Made by a program: the position numbers and the translations under genes | Virus record (IMG/VR): IMGVR_UViG_3300043179_000057 | Coordinates: 1,601 to 65,600 of that record | DNA: 64,000 nucleotides | Reading direction: 5' to 3' (one strand) | From: a virus | Notes under the pieces: generated by a model | What the model was told of the DNA's origin: nothing | Databases searched by the model: none | The model's input: the letters and a program-made list of their open reading frames with translations, nothing else | Shown: piece by piece, positions 61,246 through 64,000 of the stretch | Position numbering within the stretch: position 1 is the stretch's first letter | How the letters are laid out: each line of letters begins with the position of its first letter

Positions 61246-61274
61246 TTGACCGGGCGGGCCCGGAGGGGTACGGT
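61246..61274 (+). promoter_or_regulatory. Putative sigma70 promoter, leaderless
   Basis: TTGACC-17nt-TACGGT; ATG 61281 follows by 6 nt. Confidence 0.65.
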
Positions 61275-61280
61275 GTGCCC

Positions 61281-61703
61281 ATGGGCGACAAAGCGACGAG
61301 GCGTATCCTGCTCCTGAACGCGGCCGGGCTCCTGGGCCTGGCGGTGGCGGCTCTCTACGGGGTGCCGCAGAGCGTGTTCGTGAACGACTCCAGCCACGTG
61401 ACCGTGTTCATCGCCGCGGCTTTCCTGTTCGCGATGCAGCGCGTCTTCACCCGCGACACCAGGACCGCCCGCCAGGTGGCGTCCCTGCTGGTCATGCTCG
61501 GCCTGATAGGGACCACGATCGGGGCCTCGGGCGCGTTCCTCGCCCTGGACCCCACCACGTTCACCGACCCGGCCAAGGGGGCCGCCTCGGTGGCCGCGGC
61601 CCTGCACGAGTTCGGGACGGGCATCGTCTGCACGATCCTCGGCTCCGTGACCAACGTGTGGACCACGGTGTGCTGCATGGTGGCGGAGAGGGGCGACGCT
61701 TGA
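61281..61703 (+). CDS. MotA/TolQ/ExbB proton-channel-like membrane protein
   Basis: Four hydrophobic segments; VMLGLIGTTIG and GTGIVCTILG match the conserved C-terminal TM pair. Confidence 0.7.
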   Translation: MGDKATRRILLLNAAGLLGLAVAALYGVPQSVFVNDSSHVTVFIAAAFLFAMQRVFTRDTRTARQVASLLVMLGLIGTTIGASGAFLALDPTTFTDPAKGAASVAAALHEFGTGIVCTILGSVTNVWTTVCCMVAERGDA

Positions 61704-62347
61704 CCCGCCAGGGGGCCGATCGAGGGGAGGGGCACCAGGACGACTTCCAGGTCGTCTTCCGCGACCTGCTGATGCTCCTGATCACCGGCCTGGTGGTCCT
61801 CCTGGGCGTGACGATCATGTACATGGGGGCCAAGGCCAGCCAGGCGGCCCAGGCGCCCCCCGTGGGCAACGTCGTGGTGGACGTGCAGTGGCACCAGGGG
61901 GTGGACGCGGACGTGGACCTGTGGGTCCAGGGGCCGGGGGACAGCCGGCCGGTGGGCTACTCCAACCGAGGAGGCGAGACCATGAACCTGCTGCGCGACG
62001 ACGTGGGCTGGAACGGGGACCCGGGCGTCCTGAACTACGAGGACTCCGTCAGCCGGGGGGTCGTCCCCGGCAGGTACGTGGTGAACCTCCACGCGTACGG
62101 GCCGGACTCGGAGCTGGTGTACCCCCTGGAGGCCGACGTCAAGGTGCTGTGCGTGGCCCCCAAGGCCGGCCTCCGGGAGGTCCTCAGGAGGCGGGTCTCC
62201 CTGGACCAGGTCGGGAGGGAGGTCACGGTCGCCAGCTTCGATCTGGACAATCAGTGCGGCCTGGTCCCCGGCTCCCTGAGCGAGGACTACGTGCCGCTGC
62301 GCGGCGCCTGGACCGACCCAGGCCAGCCGCAGGAGGATGAGCGATGA
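61700..62347 (+). CDS. Single-TM partner with an intramembrane Asp and a YfaP/DUF2135-like periplasmic domain
   Basis: FRDLLMLLITGLVVLLG; DADVDLWV..P, LLRDDVG, NYE, PGRYVVNLHAY. Confidence 0.65.
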   Translation: MTRQGADRGEGHQDDFQVVFRDLLMLLITGLVVLLGVTIMYMGAKASQAAQAPPVGNVVVDVQWHQGVDADVDLWVQGPGDSRPVGYSNRGGETMNLLRDDVGWNGDPGVLNYEDSVSRGVVPGRYVVNLHAYGPDSELVYPLEADVKVLCVAPKAGLREVLRRRVSLDQVGREVTVASFDLDNQCGLVPGSLSEDYVPLRGAWTDPGQPQEDER

Positions 62348-62841
62348 GCCTGTGGGTGTTCGTCCCGTGCCTGATCGCGGCCCTGCTGGCCGGGTACTGG
62401 ACGGCGAGGGGCCGCGTGGCCGTCCTGGCCTTCGTCCTCGGGGGCGCGCTGGCCCTCGCCGCCTCCGTGTCCTTCCTGGGCCGCCCCAAGCCCACGCAGT
62501 GGGCCATCCTGGAGCGACCGGTGAAGGAGGCCTCGGTCCTGTACTTCTGGGTCGAGCCCGAGCGCCAGATCCTCCTGCTCCTGACCTGGCCGGGCCAGGA
62601 CGAGCCGCGCCTGTACTCCAGGCCGTGGGACGAGGAGCTGGCCAAGAGGCTGAGGGAGGCCAGGGCCGAGGCCGGGAAGTCCAGGCGCCCGGTCGTCATG
62701 CGCAGGCCGTTCGACGGGGCCCGCCTAGCCCCCGGGGGCGGCGGGTCGGGGCGTGGCGACCAGACCATGGACAACGCCGGGGCCGCCTCTCGGGTGCACG
62801 TGGCCCCGCCCCCGCCCCTCCCGGTGAAGGGTCCGTCGTGA
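62344..62841 (+). CDS. Membrane protein (two N-terminal TMs)
   Basis: ATGA-coupled; SFLGRPKP…PRLYSRPWDEELAKRL. Confidence 0.7.
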   Translation: MSLWVFVPCLIAALLAGYWTARGRVAVLAFVLGGALALAASVSFLGRPKPTQWAILERPVKEASVLYFWVEPERQILLLLTWPGQDEPRLYSRPWDEELAKRLREARAEAGKSRRPVVMRRPFDGARLAPGGGGSGRGDQTMDNAGAASRVHVAPPPPLPVKGPS

Positions 62842-62974
62842 CCGAGCTGCTCGCCTTCGCCGGGGACCACCCCTCGTGTTCTGCTTCAGCCTGTGGGTGC
62901 TGGCGCACGCTACGGCGTACGCGGCGGCCCGCTTCAGGCCGATCGTGGTCACCATCAACAGGACCAAGCCGTGA
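62838..62974 (+). pseudogene. Small membrane protein with an apparent 1-nt deletion
   Basis: One extra C in CACCCCTC gives TELLAFAGDHPLVFCFSLWVLAHATAYAAARF…KP-stop, overlapping the next GTG. Confidence 0.5.
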
Positions 62975-63258
62975 ACCGTAGGGGCCTCCTCGGGGCGCTC
63001 CTAGCCTTCCCGGTCCTGCGGGCCGCCGCTCCGGCAGCCGCGGTCGTCACGGGCCTGTTCGCGCCCCGCGGTGGCGTCCAGGACCTCGTGATGGCGCTGG
63101 AGGCCGGGTCGTACGCCGGGCCGCTCGTCTCGGGCCAGGCCCTCCAGATCGAGGACCTGTCGCCGGTCATGCGTGTCGTGACCTTCGAGGATAGGAAGCT
63201 CAGGCTGCTCCCCAGGCTGGCCGACGCCGGGTGGCGCTTCACGAGGACGTTCACGTGA
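62971..63258 (+). CDS. Twin-arginine-signal microprotein with a capsid-N-terminus-like segment
   Basis: NRRGLLGALLA; DLVMALEAGSY…GQALQIEDLSPVMRVVTFEDRKLRL. Confidence 0.6.
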   Translation: MNRRGLLGALLAFPVLRAAAPAAAVVTGLFAPRGGVQDLVMALEAGSYAGPLVSGQALQIEDLSPVMRVVTFEDRKLRLLPRLADAGWRFTRTFT

Positions 63259-63467
63259 GACCGCCGGTGGACTACCTCGACCCGACGGCGCACCGCTACC
63301 TGGACGGACTGGCGGGCTGCCGGGAGTGCGGCCGCCAGGAGGAGGCGCACCGGCCCGGCGCGCCCGACGACCCCGCCAACTGTTCGAGCGCGTCGAAGAG
63401 TTCTAGGAGCGCCGGGAGCAGCCGTGGGCGGCGTGATCCCCCAGTGCCGGTACGTGCTCCCGTATGA
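63255..63467 (+). CDS. Small hypothetical protein (CxxC..H)
   Basis: GTGA overlap; CRECGRQEEAH. Confidence 0.4.
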   Translation: MRPPVDYLDPTAHRYLDGLAGCRECGRQEEAHRPGAPDDPANCSSASKSSRSAGSSRGRRDPPVPVRAPV

Positions 63468-63756
63468 CGAGGCGTCATACAACAACTGCCGTCGCGCCGA
63501 CGGCCACCGAGGCCGCCACCTGACCCACGGGGAACGGATGAGGGACCCCGCCCCGAGACGGGACGCCCGGGTCAAAGGGCCGCCCATCGAGCCCCCGCGC
63601 GTAATCGAGGCGATCAGCGTCCCGACCCGCAAGCAGTTGACCCACATCGAAAGGGCCCTGAGGGGCTCCCGAGGGAGGGCGGCGGCCATGAAGGCTTGGT
63701 TCGCCGTTCTTCAGATGATGAAGCCGGCAGTCGTCTGTCGCGAGGAGTACCTGTGA
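63424..63756 (+). CDS. Hypothetical protein
   Basis: 110 aa; C…CRRADGHRGRH. Confidence 0.5.
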   Translation: MGGVIPQCRYVLPYDEASYNNCRRADGHRGRHLTHGERMRDPAPRRDARVKGPPIEPPRVIEAISVPTRKQLTHIERALRGSRGRAAAMKAWFAVLQMMKPAVVCREEYL

Positions 63757-63950
63757 CCTGGCGCCACGTCCCCGTATCGTCTCCCAAACTCACCCCCGGG
63801 CGGTGGACCTGCACGGTGGACGAGGTCCGGAGGCTGGGGCCGTTCGTGACGCGCAACACCTGCGGCGTGCGGCACGTGAAGGAGGGCGCCGCCCGCCGGC
63901 ACGCCGAGAGGCTGAACAGGGATCGCATGGTCCCGCTGGAGGGGGCGTGA
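63753..63950 (+). CDS. Small hypothetical protein
   Basis: GTGA overlap; WTC…TCGVRH…AARRHAERLN. Confidence 0.5.
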   Translation: MTWRHVPVSSPKLTPGRWTCTVDEVRRLGPFVTRNTCGVRHVKEGAARRHAERLNRDRMVPLEGA

Positions 63951-64000
63951 GGGTTATACAGAGCGTCAAGAGGTGGGCACAGGGCAGGCTGGACCGCCCG

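Noticed and set aside
1-64000. Genome-wide reassignment of TAG to a sense codon
   Set aside because: TAG falls at natural family ends (RNR, RecA, DnaB, SSB), long genes have no internal TAG, and downstream genes have their own starts and often an RBS. Only conditional readthrough remains plausible.
1-64000. Many long overlapping or antisense ORFs in the six-frame track (e.g. 14913-16916 -, 42246-44120 +, 46631-49252 +, 58549-60153 +)
   Set aside because: These are shadow ORFs expected at high GC: Arg/Gly/Pro-rich, without motifs, and opposite or out of frame to well-supported genes.

Overview
A 64-kb segment of a large, GC-rich tailed dsDNA phage with a contractile-tail (myovirus-type) baseplate. 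No host chromosomal genes, rRNA, tRNA or CRISPR array are recognisable. There are three blocks. (1) 1-29013, + strand: replication, recombination and nucleotide metabolism (GroEL-like chaperonin, Rad50/SbcC ATPase, RuvC, class II RNR, DnaE, gp32-like SSB, UvsY-like, RecA, primase, DnaB), followed by ClpP, other proteases, an aminotransferase, a UDG-like protein and a Dam-like methylase. (2) 29016-56560, - strand: tail and baseplate genes plus an M15 endolysin. (3) 56664-64000, mostly + strand: small early/accessory genes. A Gram-negative, probably Myxococcota-like host is an inference from GC content, Kelch repeats and envelope signals. Main observations: a 1-kb lower-GC insert between perfect 102-bp direct repeats, carrying an intact MqsA-like antitoxin and only half of its toxin; a three-gene TolQ/ExbB-like membrane cassette with its own promoter; a Tat-signal microprotein resembling a capsid-protein N-terminus; a recurrent late-promoter motif GCAATCTT; a set of sigma70 promoters that appear to give leaderless mRNAs; and tail chaperone genes joined by an in-frame amber stop. 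All family assignments come from motifs read by eye; no database searches were run.
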